NCBI GenBank assembly: GCA_000165425.1
Contig: CT868230.1
Span: forward strand, 496,001 to 527,326
Length of the DNA stretch: 31,326 nt
Origin: Paramecium tetraurelia
Taxonomy: Eukaryota
Direction of reading: 5' to 3'
This document shows, one piece after another, positions 1 to 12,189 of the stretch. Position 1 is the first letter of the stretch. Every line of letters begins with the position of its first letter. Made by a program: the position numbers and the translations under genes. The notes under the pieces were generated by a model. The model saw nothing but the letters and a program-made list of their open reading frames with translations. It had not been told where the DNA came from and searched no databases.

Positions 1-83
1 AAGTCTGGAGGTCTTTTGAATGCATCGTAGGCTTCCGACTTATCTTGCCTATGTATAGATTTAGTTTTAAGTATATTGAACAT
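1..83 (-). CDS. 5' end of a gene running off the left edge (MFNILKTKSIHRQDKSEAYDAFKRPPD...), unknown product
   Basis: ATG at 83-81 after an AT-rich spacer; open to position 1 with raised GC. Confidence 0.5.
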   Translation of the reverse strand, partial: MFNILKTKSIHRQDKSEAYDAFKRPPD

Positions 84-344
84 AATATAATTATAAAAAT
101 GTAATGGTAATATAATTAGTATAGTTTCTTTATTTTATTATTATGTTATTCATTTATTAAGGGTTTAGTTGCTCATCATTTCTTGATTTATAGAGTCTAA
201 CATTATTTATAATTATGAAATAACTTTCTGGAGAAGCATAAATATATTTGCTAACTTATTACCAAAATTAGTTTGTATTCAATTCAATAATAGGTATTTC
301 GAGAAATTTACTACTTGATTTTATAATATCTACTCAATAATATA

Positions 345-1351
345 ATGAATAAAAAATTAGCTAATACATATAACCAAATATCTGATGTTTTTTCCCGAGC
401 TTAAATAAAAAACGCTGTCGAATCTCTTGACAATTATCATGATAGACTTAAGTTAATTGACTCAATTATCGACAGAAGACAGTAGATCAGATAAGCAAAT
501 GACTTATCTAAAATTACCAAATATGCTCATATTTTTAGGAAGATGATCCAAAGATTTCGCAATAAAAAAGAAGACTAAGCTGCTAATCAAAGACTGTAAA
601 TGTAGATGGTCATGAGTATGTTTGCTCCAAAAGGCAAATCATCTTCACCAAGGCATTTTTACAAAAATCTAGAATAAAAAAAGATTGATCCCCATTAATT
701 GAAAATCAAGGAGATCTCAGAATAAAGGAGAGATGCTGTACAACTCAAAATGAATCAGACTTCCAAGATCTCTAATTTTCATTCTGACAGAAAGCATAAT
801 AATTAGCTAAGCAATGCAAAGGAAAGTTGTCGATATTCAAGCAGAACTCAACGATTTTTGAGCTCCATTGATGTCGATGACCATTATTAAGAAAAGGAAT
901 TGTATCTATGGAGCGTAGACGACAAAGAAATTAAATCATTACAAAGTAAGATAAAATAAAGTGTTATTCTTAAAACAAGAATAAACCTTAATCAAAATAC
1001 TAAAGTATGAAATTCAACTTACTTAAGGATAATGAAAATGGCTTAAAATTGTTCTCAAAGTAACATTGCGCTTTATCTCGAAGATAATATAAGCCCCACT
1101 CCTAACCTTAACTATTAGATCTTGGTGATAAAGATTAAGACATATAAAAATACGATCCAATGTAGAATCTCATAAGTCAAGAAGGATCTTACTAATCATA
1201 TTCCGAAAATCGACTGAATTAGCTCTACAAAAAGTCTTTCTAAATTTAAACAAATGCATCCCAAAGTCAGCATAACTTCCAGAGATTAATCAAAACCAAC
1301 AAAGATATCATAGAACTATCAAAGATTAAATTAGGACCTCAAAAGCACTGA
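345..1351 (+). CDS. Hypothetical basic, low-complexity protein (~327 aa)
   Basis: ATG 345, open in code 6, one 23-nt intron 1005-1027 (gtatga...ttaag) that removes a TGA, TGA 1349-1351; no recognisable domain. Confidence 0.75.
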
Positions 1352-1366
1352 TTAAAGTCTTTAATT

Positions 1367-1383
1367 TATATATATATATATAT
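1367..1383. repeat. (TA)8 microsatellite just downstream of the 345-1351 gene
   Basis: tatatatatatatatat seen directly. Confidence 0.8.
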
Positions 1384-1787
1384 TTATGTTAAAAAATACT
1401 TAATTCTGATGGACATAATTATCTTATTTCTTAAGAATGAAAGACTAATGGTAATATTTTTTTTAAATTCTCTAACCTTTTTGAAATCAAGCCTCTTAGA
1501 GAGAAGTGTATAACCACATTCATTATCAATAATTAGAATATTATTCCTGTATTCTATGAAGTAAAATTAATAATTACGTATTCAAATTAAATTTGAATAG
1601 AAGTTCGAATTCTCTTAAATTATATTATTCATTGAAAAATGCCTACAATATCTTGAGGTTGCGCTATAAACTATATTTAATGGCTTTATTATAAAAGATT
1701 GAGCCATAACTAAAGATTATGAAATTTATATAGAGTATAATCAATAAGAATTTATTGTTTTTTCAATATTTTTATCAAAAATTAATA

Positions 1788-3577
1788 ATGAAAAGTGCTA
1801 TTACACTTGTAAGAATCATCACTATTGATATAGCTAAATAAATGGAATTACTCAAAAAGGTAGATGCATAACTTTACGGAAATTTAAGATGGCATAGTGT
1901 TTGCTTAATTATTGGAAGATTAGTAAATATATTGTTCAAAATTTCTAGTCTAGGTATGGATGTTAGAAGAGCACTATGGAACCAAATTATTAGTAATATA
2001 CAACTAACAAGGAAAAAATATAAATTAGATGTTATAGACTTTGATGATGACATAGCACTTTCTGATAGCAATTTAGAATTAGCAAAATTTATATAGTACT
2101 TTATAAATACGCTGTTACGAGTGAATTCGCAATATTTAATAGAGATGATGTAATAATTATTGCCACAATAATAATAAGAGATTATGGGATTTTTGTAAAA
2201 CCCAATTGATGACATTGGAAGTTTTCAAGATTATGGATAATTTGAGCATTAGACAACTAACACAATTATTACTTTAGAAGAAAGTCTGAATGCAAAGGAT
2301 AGTATCATAGCACAACAAAATAAATAAATAGAACAATTGAAAATTGAATATCAAAATAAGGTTGAAGATTAACAAACGAAAATTACTGAATTGCGGGAAA
2401 GAATAGGATAATTATATGATTCAGAAGGATTCTTTTTATCAAAACTAAATTGTGGTGATTTTGAGGAGGTACACAATAAATTTCAGGAATATATCAAAGA
2501 AATTGAAAATAATAAGCAAATAATAGAAGATATGAATTATCTTGTGTAAAACCAGTAAAAGGAAATCGCTAAGGTGCAATAAAAGAACTAATCCCTTAAA
2601 TCATAGTTACTATCATGTCCACCAACTGCAAGATCAATCGAGCCAGAATAACAATAGATTATAATAAAAGATCCATAGGAATTGAAAACGATAGAGAGTT
2701 TGAAAGCTCAAATTCAAGGAATCAAGGAAGAGAATTAAAGAATATTAGGAATGAAACAAGCATAATATGAATCCTAATTAACCGCATTAAGGAGGAGCCT
2801 TTATGAAGCAGAACAATAGGCAACATCTTTTAAGAAGAAGATGGAGAAGTTCAAATTAGAACTCGAAGAATATTAAAGCATGAATTAATATGATAAGAAA
2901 TTACCCTTTGAGAGTTTACGACATCAAGGAGTATATTCATAAAACAATAGTTATATATGTGAGGTTGAGTAACGATTTGGATAATCGCCTAAATCAACAT
3001 GTCTTGACTTTTTCTAGTCTCAAAATAAATCTGAATTCGATCACGCTATGTCTCAGAATAATCAATCAATAAAATATATGGATGAGACCAACATCACAAA
3101 ATTACAGTTGTAATTAAAAGAGAAATCCAACAAGGTGACATAATTGGAGAGATAGTTGAATGTGGTTCAGTAAGGTTCTCATTCCAGGAGGAATTCAATG
3201 ACAAAATAATATTAAATTTAACAGGAAAGGACTTTTGAGTAACCTACTATTTTAGATGTATTTTATATCTATTATTTAAGACATTAAGATAGTATGTTGA
3301 GTTGTCGTAATAAAAGGATAAGGAGATCAACGAATTAAGACAGTAATAGAATTAAAATTTTATAGATTTGTGCAAATAAATAGTAAAGTAAAATGAATAG
3401 ATACAGAAATTAAATGCTGTAATAGTGAATAATAAAACTCCTGATTAAATGCAAGAGATTACAGAAAAACATTAAAATGATTTACAAGCTTTGAATCAAT
3501 ATTATGTTGAAGTTTTAAATAATAAGGATGAGTTGCTTCATTTAATAATTTCTCTATTCTATGATGTCGCCAAATGA
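1788..3577 (+). CDS. HOOK: Hook-family-like coiled-coil dynein/cargo adaptor (~571 aa)
   Basis: Introns 1809-1833, 1923-1948, 3258-3280 give one code-6 frame. N-terminus FTEIQDGIVFAQLLE...LELAKFIQYFINTLL...LIEMMQQLLPQQQQEIMGFLQ resembles the HOOK domain; long coiled coil; C-terminal KDELLHLIISLFYDVAK resembles the Hook EEKLIVSAWYN helix. An in-frame upstream ATG at 1680 is an alternative start. Confidence 0.65.
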
Positions 3578-3818
3578 GGATTCATTTTATATTTATTACT
3601 TTTTTGAATTATAAACTAAAGCAAAATCATTATTTATAATATAAGATGAAATCTAGAATCCCTTGTAGACAGGTATCAGATTCTATTATAATTGTATTGG
3701 TTGAGAGAATTCAATAAAATTGATTAGTAGGATGTCTAATAATATATCAAAGTTCTGAATTTGTTTAATAGTTAATATCGGATTAAAAGATTTAAAATAA
3801 TACGCAAATATTTTATTA

Positions 3819-5446
3819 ATGTTCCACAATCAGCTACGAAAGTAATCTTTTAGATTCAGCAACATTGCTTAAAATTACATTAATGGAGTCTGGAAAGCAT
3901 CTAACGGAGGAATAGCTTTGGAAAGGAGATCTCCTCTGACCGATGAAGTTGTTGGAATTACTAAATAGACAACTTAAGCTGAATTCAATGAGGCAGTAGA
4001 TGCAGCTAAAACAGCATTTAAAACATGGTCTTAAGTGCCATTACCAACCAGACAAAGGTAATCTGTAGATTTAACTCTAGATACATGTTTGAGTATCAAG
4101 CTAGGATCAGATCTAAAATAGATGATATTGCTAATATAATAGTAGAGGAGCACGGAAAAACATTGGCAGATGCAAAAGGTGATGTCATCAGAGGATTGGA
4201 AGTTGTAGAAGCTGCTTGTGGAATTACACATGTCATGTAGGGAGAAACAGTGGAGAATTTGGCTAAAGGTGTTGACACCTATAGTTACAGAGTGCCTTTG
4301 GGTGTCTGTGCAGGAGTCTGTCCTTTTAATTTCCCCGCAATGATTCCAGTATATTTATAGATCATTATTTTAGTTATGGATGTTCCCCATTGCAATTGTC
4401 ACAGGAAATACCTATGTGTTGAAACCAAGTGAGAGAGTACCAGGAGCAGTCACTTATTTGACTAAATTACTTGAGGAATCTGGAGTTCCTAAAGGAGTTG
4501 TCAATGTTGTACAAGGAGGTTTTGAAACAACTAAACACATCTGTGAACACCCTGATATCAAGGCTGTATCATTTGTGGGTGGAAACAAAGCTGGTGATTA
4601 TATCTATGAAAATGCATCAAAAACATTTAAGAGATGTCAAATCAATATGGGAGCCAAGAATCACGGTGTCATTATGCCAGATGCTGATAAGGAGGATTGT
4701 TTGAATGCTTTGGCTTCAGCAGCCTTTGGCTCAACTGGTTAAAGGTGCATGGCCTTGAGTGTGGCTATTTTTGTAGGAAAGAGCAGGGAATGGATTCCTG
4801 ATCTAATTGCTAAAGCTAAATCTTTCAAGGTTGGACCTGGACATGAAAATATTGATATCGCCCCTGTCTCATATAAAGAATTATATGAGAGAATTCATTA
4901 TTTAGTTGGTACAGCTGAAAAGGAAGGAGGTAAATTGATTTTGGATGGAAGATCCTTTAAACATCCAAAATATCCAAAGGGCTATTTTGTTGGTCCAACC
5001 ATTATTGATAATGTATACAATTGTTCTATTTTAAGATGAACACAAATAATACATCCTACAAAGAAGAAGTATTTGGACCAGTCCTTAATATATTGTATGC
5101 AGATACCCTTGATCAAGCCTTAGAGATTATTAATAAGTAATGCAATCTTATATATATTAATAGTAATCCTTGGGGAAATGGAACAGCCATCTTCACATAA
5201 AATGGATCAATCGCTAGAAAATTCTAAAATGAAGTTAATGCAGGACAAATTGGAATCAACCTCCCTATCCCAGTTCCTTTGCCTATGTTTTCATTCACTG
5301 GAAATAAGAGATCTTTTAACGGTGATGCCAATTTCTATGGCAAAGCCGGTATTAGATTTTTCACTTAAATGAAAACAATCACTTCTAGATGGAAAGAACC
5401 ATCAGACAGCTATACATTAAGCACAGCCATGCCTACAATGAAATGA
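3819..5446 (+). CDS. ALDH6A1: Methylmalonate-semialdehyde dehydrogenase (acylating), mitochondrial, ALDH6 family (~509 aa)
   Basis: Motifs [67 protein letters not shown]-terminal MPTMK; Arg-rich presequence; introns 4058-4080, 4349-4373, 5013-5035, 5137-5163. Confidence 0.96.
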
Positions 5447-5662
5447 AATATAAGAGTATTAAATTATAACAAATAATCATATATAATATTGTATAACTAG
5501 CAAAGATTCCTTTTAATTACAGTCTACAATTATATATAACATAATTGTTAAGTATCTTATCATTAATTATCAAAATTTAATTCTATTTTTAAGAATTTTC
5601 GCTTTAAGATGTGGAAAATATTACTAAAATAAAAAAATCGATTGAATATATTATTTCATTAA

Positions 5663-6273
5663 TCATAACAAGGAAACTATGATGAAATATACAATATATA
5701 TAGGTATCATAGTGACGAATATATAAAAGGCATTAATATTTCCTCTACCTATACATTTACCTGTCCATGGACAATGATGATCGAATCCTTAGATACACAC
5801 ATCACAATCTTCGCAATGATACAATGCACCTAAGTCTCTTGGGTTGTTACAAACCTAATAAAATTTAATTATCGCTTTTTCTTACTATGCATTACAATAC
5901 ACCTTTATATTCTCTAGAACTAGTCACAATGCCAGGATTTTTGAGGGCAGTAATCAAGTAACTAAACATTTACAGTGCAGCAACAAAAATTGAGCAGTAG
6001 TATACGTAAAGACCCTTGCTAATTGCGATCTCAAAAATTAAAAAATAACTGGCTGCACCAAAAGTTACTATCATGCATAATGTCAGAGGCCCTAAACTAA
6101 TTATTTATAAATTATTTACAATGGGGACCAATTGTGATTAATGGCTCACCTCTTATATATAATAATGTCAGATTGTTTCCAAAATGCCTTTTAAACACAG
6201 GGATTTAGATAGATTAGCAAGTGGTATTAATATCATCGTCAGTGGTTTATCTGATACTAGTCAATTCTTACAT
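5663..6273 (-). CDS. DHHC palmitoyltransferase, short form (~183 aa)
   Basis: IGPHWP, two TM helices, NPG, then [41 protein letters not shown] and a final TM; two introns (28 and 31 nt). Confidence 0.92.
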
Positions 6274-6351
6274 CTTCTTAAATTTTATGTTTATAAAATT
6301 ATTAGATTTTTAATAATTATTTTATTAATATTTATATCCTTTGTACAGCAA

Positions 6352-7620
6352 ATGGGTGGATAACTCTCTTAAGATAGCTTCAACGATCCCTCGGATAATT
6401 AATAGGACATAATAATTTAACAAGGTGAAATCAATGAACCAGATATTATTGTAGAATAGTTCACTTTAAATCATAAAAAGGAATAAATTAAAGTTCCGAA
6501 AACCAATAGCTAAATTAAAGTAGTAAGAATTACATATATTACAAAAGGGTAAATAAACAACTAGTTAAATTAATTAAAGCAAGATATCTTTGATTAAAGA
6601 CTTAAAGTAAGAAGTCTAATAGCCAGTTAAATAGGAGGTATAATAACTAAAAGAATCTTTAATTGGATCCTAAATTAGAAAAACTGAATAATAAAATTAA
6701 TAGAATAATTTATCAAACAATTAATCTAGAATATTTTTAAAAAGCAATCCAAAAAAAATATCTGATACGAATTTCTAAATTTAAAACCATTTTCCAGAAT
6801 GGATGAATAAGATGATTGAGTAATATGGTAATTATCAATGTCCTGAAAAAATTAATTATGAAAATAGTACAGAAGTCATTCTTCAATATGAAGATGGAAG
6901 TTACTATAAAGGATAGGTCTAAGGTTATGATAGACATGGTTATGGAGTTTATTTGCAAGAATCAGAACTTTTTGAGGGATATTTTGAAAAAAACATTAGA
7001 AATGGCTGGGGTAGAGAATTACAATAAGATATCTTAAAAGTAAACTCTTAAATGATTTTAAGTAAGGAATTTGGAAAGGCGATATAATTACCAGCAACCT
7101 TGAAATCAGAAAACAGGATGAATACTACAAAGGGGATTGTCAATAGGGATTGCCTCATGGAAAAGGTAAATTAGAAAATAAGGATTATGTATATGAAGGC
7201 TATTTCTAAAAAGGCTTAAAAAATGGGAGAGGATATTTAAAGTATAAGGAAAAAAATGATATTTATGATGGCTAATTCAAAGATGATAAAATGGACGGGC
7301 GTGGGAAGTATTATTTCAGTAACAAAGTTGTTTACGAAGGTAATTTTAAAGAGGGTTAAATCACAGGAAAAGGAGAAATGAGATATCCTAATAATAAGTT
7401 TTATAGAGGTATAAATTTGTATTTGATTTGTGTAGGTGATTTTCTAAATGGAAAAATGCATGGATAAGGAATTCTGCACAATAGTTCAGATGATCAACAT
7501 GATGGTTCATTCAAAGATGGTAAGAAAGATGGGTATGGAAAATCAACACTGAAGGGGATGATTATCACTGGAAAATGGGAAAATGATATTCTAATAGAAG
7601 AAGATCCAGATTAATAATGA
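6352..7620 (+). CDS. MORN-repeat protein with N-terminal myristoylation-like signal (MGGQLS)
   Basis: Repeated YxGxFxxGxxxGxG units (YKGDCQQGLPHGKG, YEGYFQKGLKNGRG, YDGQFKDDKMDGRG, YEGNFKEGQITGKG); three short introns; TGA 7618-7620. Confidence 0.9.
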
Positions 7621-8437
7621 ATAAATTTCAGGTTAAAAATTATTCAATATATGAATGAATTAAAACTTCTTCAACTATCAACCAATTAGAAAATTAAAAT
7701 GATTCTTTCCGTTCCATTTTGTATACTATTCTATACCTTTGAAATCATGGTTTGAAGTTAATAGAAACAATTTATTTAATCAGAAAAAATTAATTTCTTG
7801 TTATTATTAACATTAATTTCATTTAATTAAATTGAAATCCATAATTTGATTCGCAATTGTTGCTAATTTAATTTGATTCGGACATCTAAACAAAATATAT
7901 GAGTATTTATAGCTGCTTTTTAGAATTCGATTTAAAATTCATTTATGTGAGTAAACTAAATTAAAATTAATTGACTAATAGTTAAATTTATTTATATGTA
8001 ATTAACTATAATTATACAAATTTGAATATAATTATTTTCTTAATATTAATTTTAGGTATATGAAATATAAACTAATTTGAGTGTGAATGTTCAACAACAC
8101 TTAATTATAATATTAAATGATGTCATTTCCTATTTAGATGCTTCACTGAACTTCAAAGAAAAAGACGAATGAAACCTTAAGTTGTAAATCAATAATCATA
8201 AATTTGTACGAATTTTAATATCTTTAAAAACTATAATTTACCTATTTGCACAATAGATCAATAACATTTGATTAAAGCCATAGAATAAATTTAAATCCTA
8301 ATAAATTGGATTGGTTTGTAATTTTATTTAGAAATTAATTACGTATGGTTTGAAATAAATCTTTTTCTCAAGAGTTCTGAATATAATAATTTTTAAATAA
8401 TCATTATTGTTTTAGTTTTACAATTACATTTGTAATA

Positions 8438-8941
8438 ATGGGCTCATGCTATAGTAAAAAACCGAAAACTGAGAATTGTGATATTCGTCTCAATGAGAAG
8501 CCTAGAGAGGAAATAGAAAAAAAAACTGAAAATTAATTAATACTAGAGCAATACCATAGACTTAGTTAATTAATAGAACTTATTGGAAATACTGATAGTT
8601 TAAACCACAAAACAAGAGAACGTATTAATTACTTAATTATAATACGTTCCAATATTTCAATAATTATTCAACACGAAATCAAGAAACAATTTAAATTGCG
8701 AAACATTACTAAATAAGTGAATTTGGACGATGAAAAAACATTATACCACGATAAAGAATTTTCATAGAGAGTACTATAACAAATCAAAAAGCTAATCAGC
8801 TTGTTAGACTCTCTTTAAGATGATTAAGAATTCGAAAACTCTTATCCTATTTTAAGTTTCTCCTTAATAGAAATAAATGAATCTATTAAATCAATAATTC
8901 ATTAATTTCTAGAAACAAAAACGAGGAACACTTCAATATGA
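8438..8941 (+). CDS. Hypothetical 167-aa helical protein with dual-acylation N-terminus (MGSCYSKK)
   Basis: Intronless 504-nt code-6 ORF from ATG to TGA. Confidence 0.8.
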
Positions 8942-9013
8942 ATAAATTATGTATTAATTAAAATTAGTTTTATAATTTTTATTATTTTATTGATCAAGAA
9001 TTAATTGTTTAAA

Positions 9014-9603
9014 ATGTATTAATTTAGATCATCATTATATTATGAACCAAGTGATAGTGGCAGTGTTAAGTCTGTCCAAGTAGCAAATTAAAAATAAGAT
9101 TAACTTAAATATCTCACTGATTAATTATAAGCTGTTATAACGTTTAATGAAAAATTAGAAATAGACTATAACTAATTAAAATCGTAAAATCACTAATTAA
9201 AATAAATTTCTATTGAAAGGGACAAATAATTAAAAGAAACATCTGAATCTTCTTAGAAATCCATTAATAAATTACAGTAAAATCCTAATTTATCATTAGT
9301 GTATTACTTTCTGAAAATTAAAAATTATAAGAAATAGTGGTCTCAACAAATAAACATGTAAAATTAGCAAATACTAAAGTCTCTTAATATCAAAATGAAA
9401 ATATCATTTTTAAATTATCTATACAATAATAGGAAGACTATCATTTAGAAGAGATGAAAAAAAGAGCAACAGAATTAGAAAAACATTATTCTCTAATGTA
9501 AAATATAGTAACTGAGTTAACTAATTAAGTTTCATAGCTATGCGAAGAAAAATAGAAATTACAAAAAGAATTAAATGATATTGGCAAATCTTAATAACAC
9601 TGA
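9014..9603 (+). CDS. Hypothetical coiled-coil protein (~188 aa)
   Basis: Code-6 ORF with one 23-nt intron (~9277-9299), E/K/Q/L heptad-rich, TGA 9601-9603. Confidence 0.75.
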
Positions 9604-9648
9604 TTCAAGGGATAAGTAGTAATTTTAATACAATATATAATAAAATTA

Positions 9649-10334
9649 TCAACAACAGGTAGAATAGTTCTTTTTTTCAACTTTCAATTTACTATTTTAT
9701 TTCTCATTTATTAGTAATTCCTACAATAGAATTATTAAATTCTACTTTGTTTTTTAATTCCTCTTCTTATTTTAAATATTCCTCTACAATTTTTTGAAAT
9801 AGTTCTTGAATCCCTTCATTGTTTTTGCAACTTGTATATTGGAGGGGTGCTTTAAGATTCTAAATATATGGTTATTGTACATATGAATATTGCTTAGCTT
9901 CGTCATATGTAACCTATTCTTATTCTATTAAATCACATTTATTACCAACAAGGAAAAAAACTAGAATAATATGGAAAATTACGTTAATTTTTTGAACATA
10001 TTTATTCAAGACTAGAAACCCACTCTTTTAATTAAGTAAATGATGATTTTTATGTTATATCATAAACAATGATTACCGCTTGAGCATCTAAATTTTCTAA
10101 ATTAATACTTCTTAAAAAAAGAGGAACCAAAGATCTGAATTTCTCTTATCCAGCTGTATCCCATATTTATAACTTTATTTTATTGTTTTAATATTCCATT
10201 TCCTTTGGAACATAATCTGCCCCTAAATTTGATTGATTGTGTTCATCAAATTCTTCAAAACAATAACGCTTTACAATGCTACTCTTTCCAACCCCAGAAT
10301 TGCCTAAAAATGTAATTTTGATTTCTTTAATCAT
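9649..10334 (-). CDS. Rab small GTPase, divergent (Rab5/21/22-like features)
   Basis: GNSGVGKS, WDTAGQEKFRSL, VYDIT, GNKCD, TSCK, C-terminal CC prenylation site; about four short introns. Confidence 0.93.
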
Positions 10335-10498
10335 ATTATCACTAAAAATCTATTAAAAATTTGATTATGTTCATCCACAACTAATAATTTCTGAATTTTT
10401 TATTTTAAATTAATTGTTATTGATGATGAAAAAATTAAAATGTAATTATCATAATAAGATAAAGCAATAAGCTTCAAAATTATTTATTCCGAATTTAG

Positions 10499-11974
10499 TC
10501 ACTATAAATAATAATCTAGCCGGCGATCAAGTTCTCTTATATTGGTTAATGAAGTTAATTTAAAGATTCGCTTAATTTTTTCAACTATTCTTTAATAGAC
10601 CTCCTAATCAACTATTAAGCAAGCCCCCTTATGATTCAATTCAGATTTATTACATCTAAAGTACTTACACAAATTGATGACGATATCCTATGTTACAATA
10701 ACACTAATTACTTCATTTTAAGATGCTAATTTTTTATTTTCAAGGTAAGATTACAGAATTTGTTTAATAAACTTCCACACTTCTTTCAAACTTGGATCTG
10801 TCTGAAAGAAATAATCTTAAGGTGCACATTAGATTACAAGATCTTTGAGACATCTCAAGAATTTTTCATTCTCTTTATATTATTATTTAAGGGTCTTCAC
10901 ACCTTCAATAACTTCTTGATTCAATATACTAAAACTAGAGTTAATATTTTTGCTATCAATTGTTAAATTAAGTTCATCTGCCAACTATTTAAAGGTTTTT
11001 TCAAATTATGTAAAATCACACTTCTCAATAACAGAGATTTGGTTATTAATTGACAAGTTGTTAAACTCAAGATTTTGTTTTATATCCTATAATTAATGTC
11101 GGAATTATTCAACTTTGGCAAGTAAAGCCTTATTTTCTCTTTCTAATTGAGGACACATGCACTCCTTTTTTGTTTAAAAATTAGATGGGATTGCTAAATT
11201 AAAATATAGTAATATTACAATTTAACATGTATAATTCTTATTTTGAATCTAATAATTTCTTTAATTCCCTATTATTCTTCTTTAAATTTAACAATTCAGT
11301 ATTCTTTTATTGCACCTCTTATCTACTTTCTATTAATTACTATTCATAAATTTCTATTTGTCTAATTTATTATTAAATCACTTGATTTTTTTCATTTCTG
11401 ATTAGATCTACTTATTAGGTCATATTTTTGATTGAAGTTGTTAATTATTTTTACAATTCATCGATTAAGTAATCTTTAGCTTCAATTTTTTACTATAAAT
11501 CAGTATATGCTTTCTATGGTGAAATTTAAGATTGCATTGATAGTTCGGTCACTTTCGAAAGGTCTACACATTCTTAAAGTTCATTAATGAAACTACTAAA
11601 TTCTGTATTTGAATAAGTTACTTTTATGATTTCCTTGTAACAAGAGTGTCACAACTTTCAAATCTAAATTTTGGAGAAATAAATCCAGGATCATTTTCTT
11701 TTTATGAAATGCTGTGTTAACGCTTAGTTTTCAAAGGTTAAACTGAAGGTTAATCCACATTAAGTCCAAAAGTATTAGATGCTTTTGTTAAACAATCATG
11801 TTCATAAGATTTTGATCTCATATGTCCAGGCATCGATTCAATTCTGTTGCAATTTGATTCATAATTTTGCAGTGTAATAATTTCCGGCTATTTAGTGTTA
11901 TATTGAAATTCTCTCTTTTTAGATGGGTTATGAGTTACACGAGAGTCATAATCAGTTTAGAATTAAACTTTCAT
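10499..11974 (-). CDS. Coiled-coil protein with helical C-terminal region (possibly CEP70-like centriolar protein)
   Basis: ATG 11974, at least two tiny introns, long coiled coil, C-terminal PSLKEVWKFIKQIL...INLCKYFRC...IVEKIKRIFKL; TGA 10501-10499; family call is weak. Confidence 0.7.
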
Positions 11975-12189
11975 TTATATATATTCAAATTTATTGTTAA
12001 AATGATCAACTGATAATAAGTCATATTTGAATAATCATTAATTGATTTTCTCATATACCAATTAAATAGTTGTTGTTTAAAGGTTTGGTTAATTGTGATT
12101 TACCAAATATATCCTCTAAATTATACTCATATATTCTAATAGAAATATTTATAATTCTTTAAAAATATACACTCAAAATGAGAATCAAT

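Noticed and set aside
1579..1599. 10-bp perfect inverted repeat TATTCAAATT-A-AATTTGAATA
   Set aside because: Very AT-rich with a 1-nt loop; plausible by chance, although it abuts the ATTACGTA motif
1874..2215. Track ORF of 113 aa on the minus strand, and similar short track ORFs (2890, 4031, 4096, 4471, 5178, 6737, 6816, 10760, 20247, 24791, 24816, 28459)
   Set aside because: Antisense or off-frame shadows of real code-6 genes; artefacts of using the standard code
3819..5446. Apparent fragmentation of the ALDH gene into several ORFs (pseudogene, editing or frameshifting)
   Set aside because: Fully explained by TAA/TAG = Gln and four 23-27 nt introns; spliced length is a multiple of 3
7621..8437. 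817-bp AT-rich interval as possible ncRNA, IES or small gene
   Set aside because: No convincing ORF, RNA structure or terminal repeat; may be a decayed gene but cannot be supported
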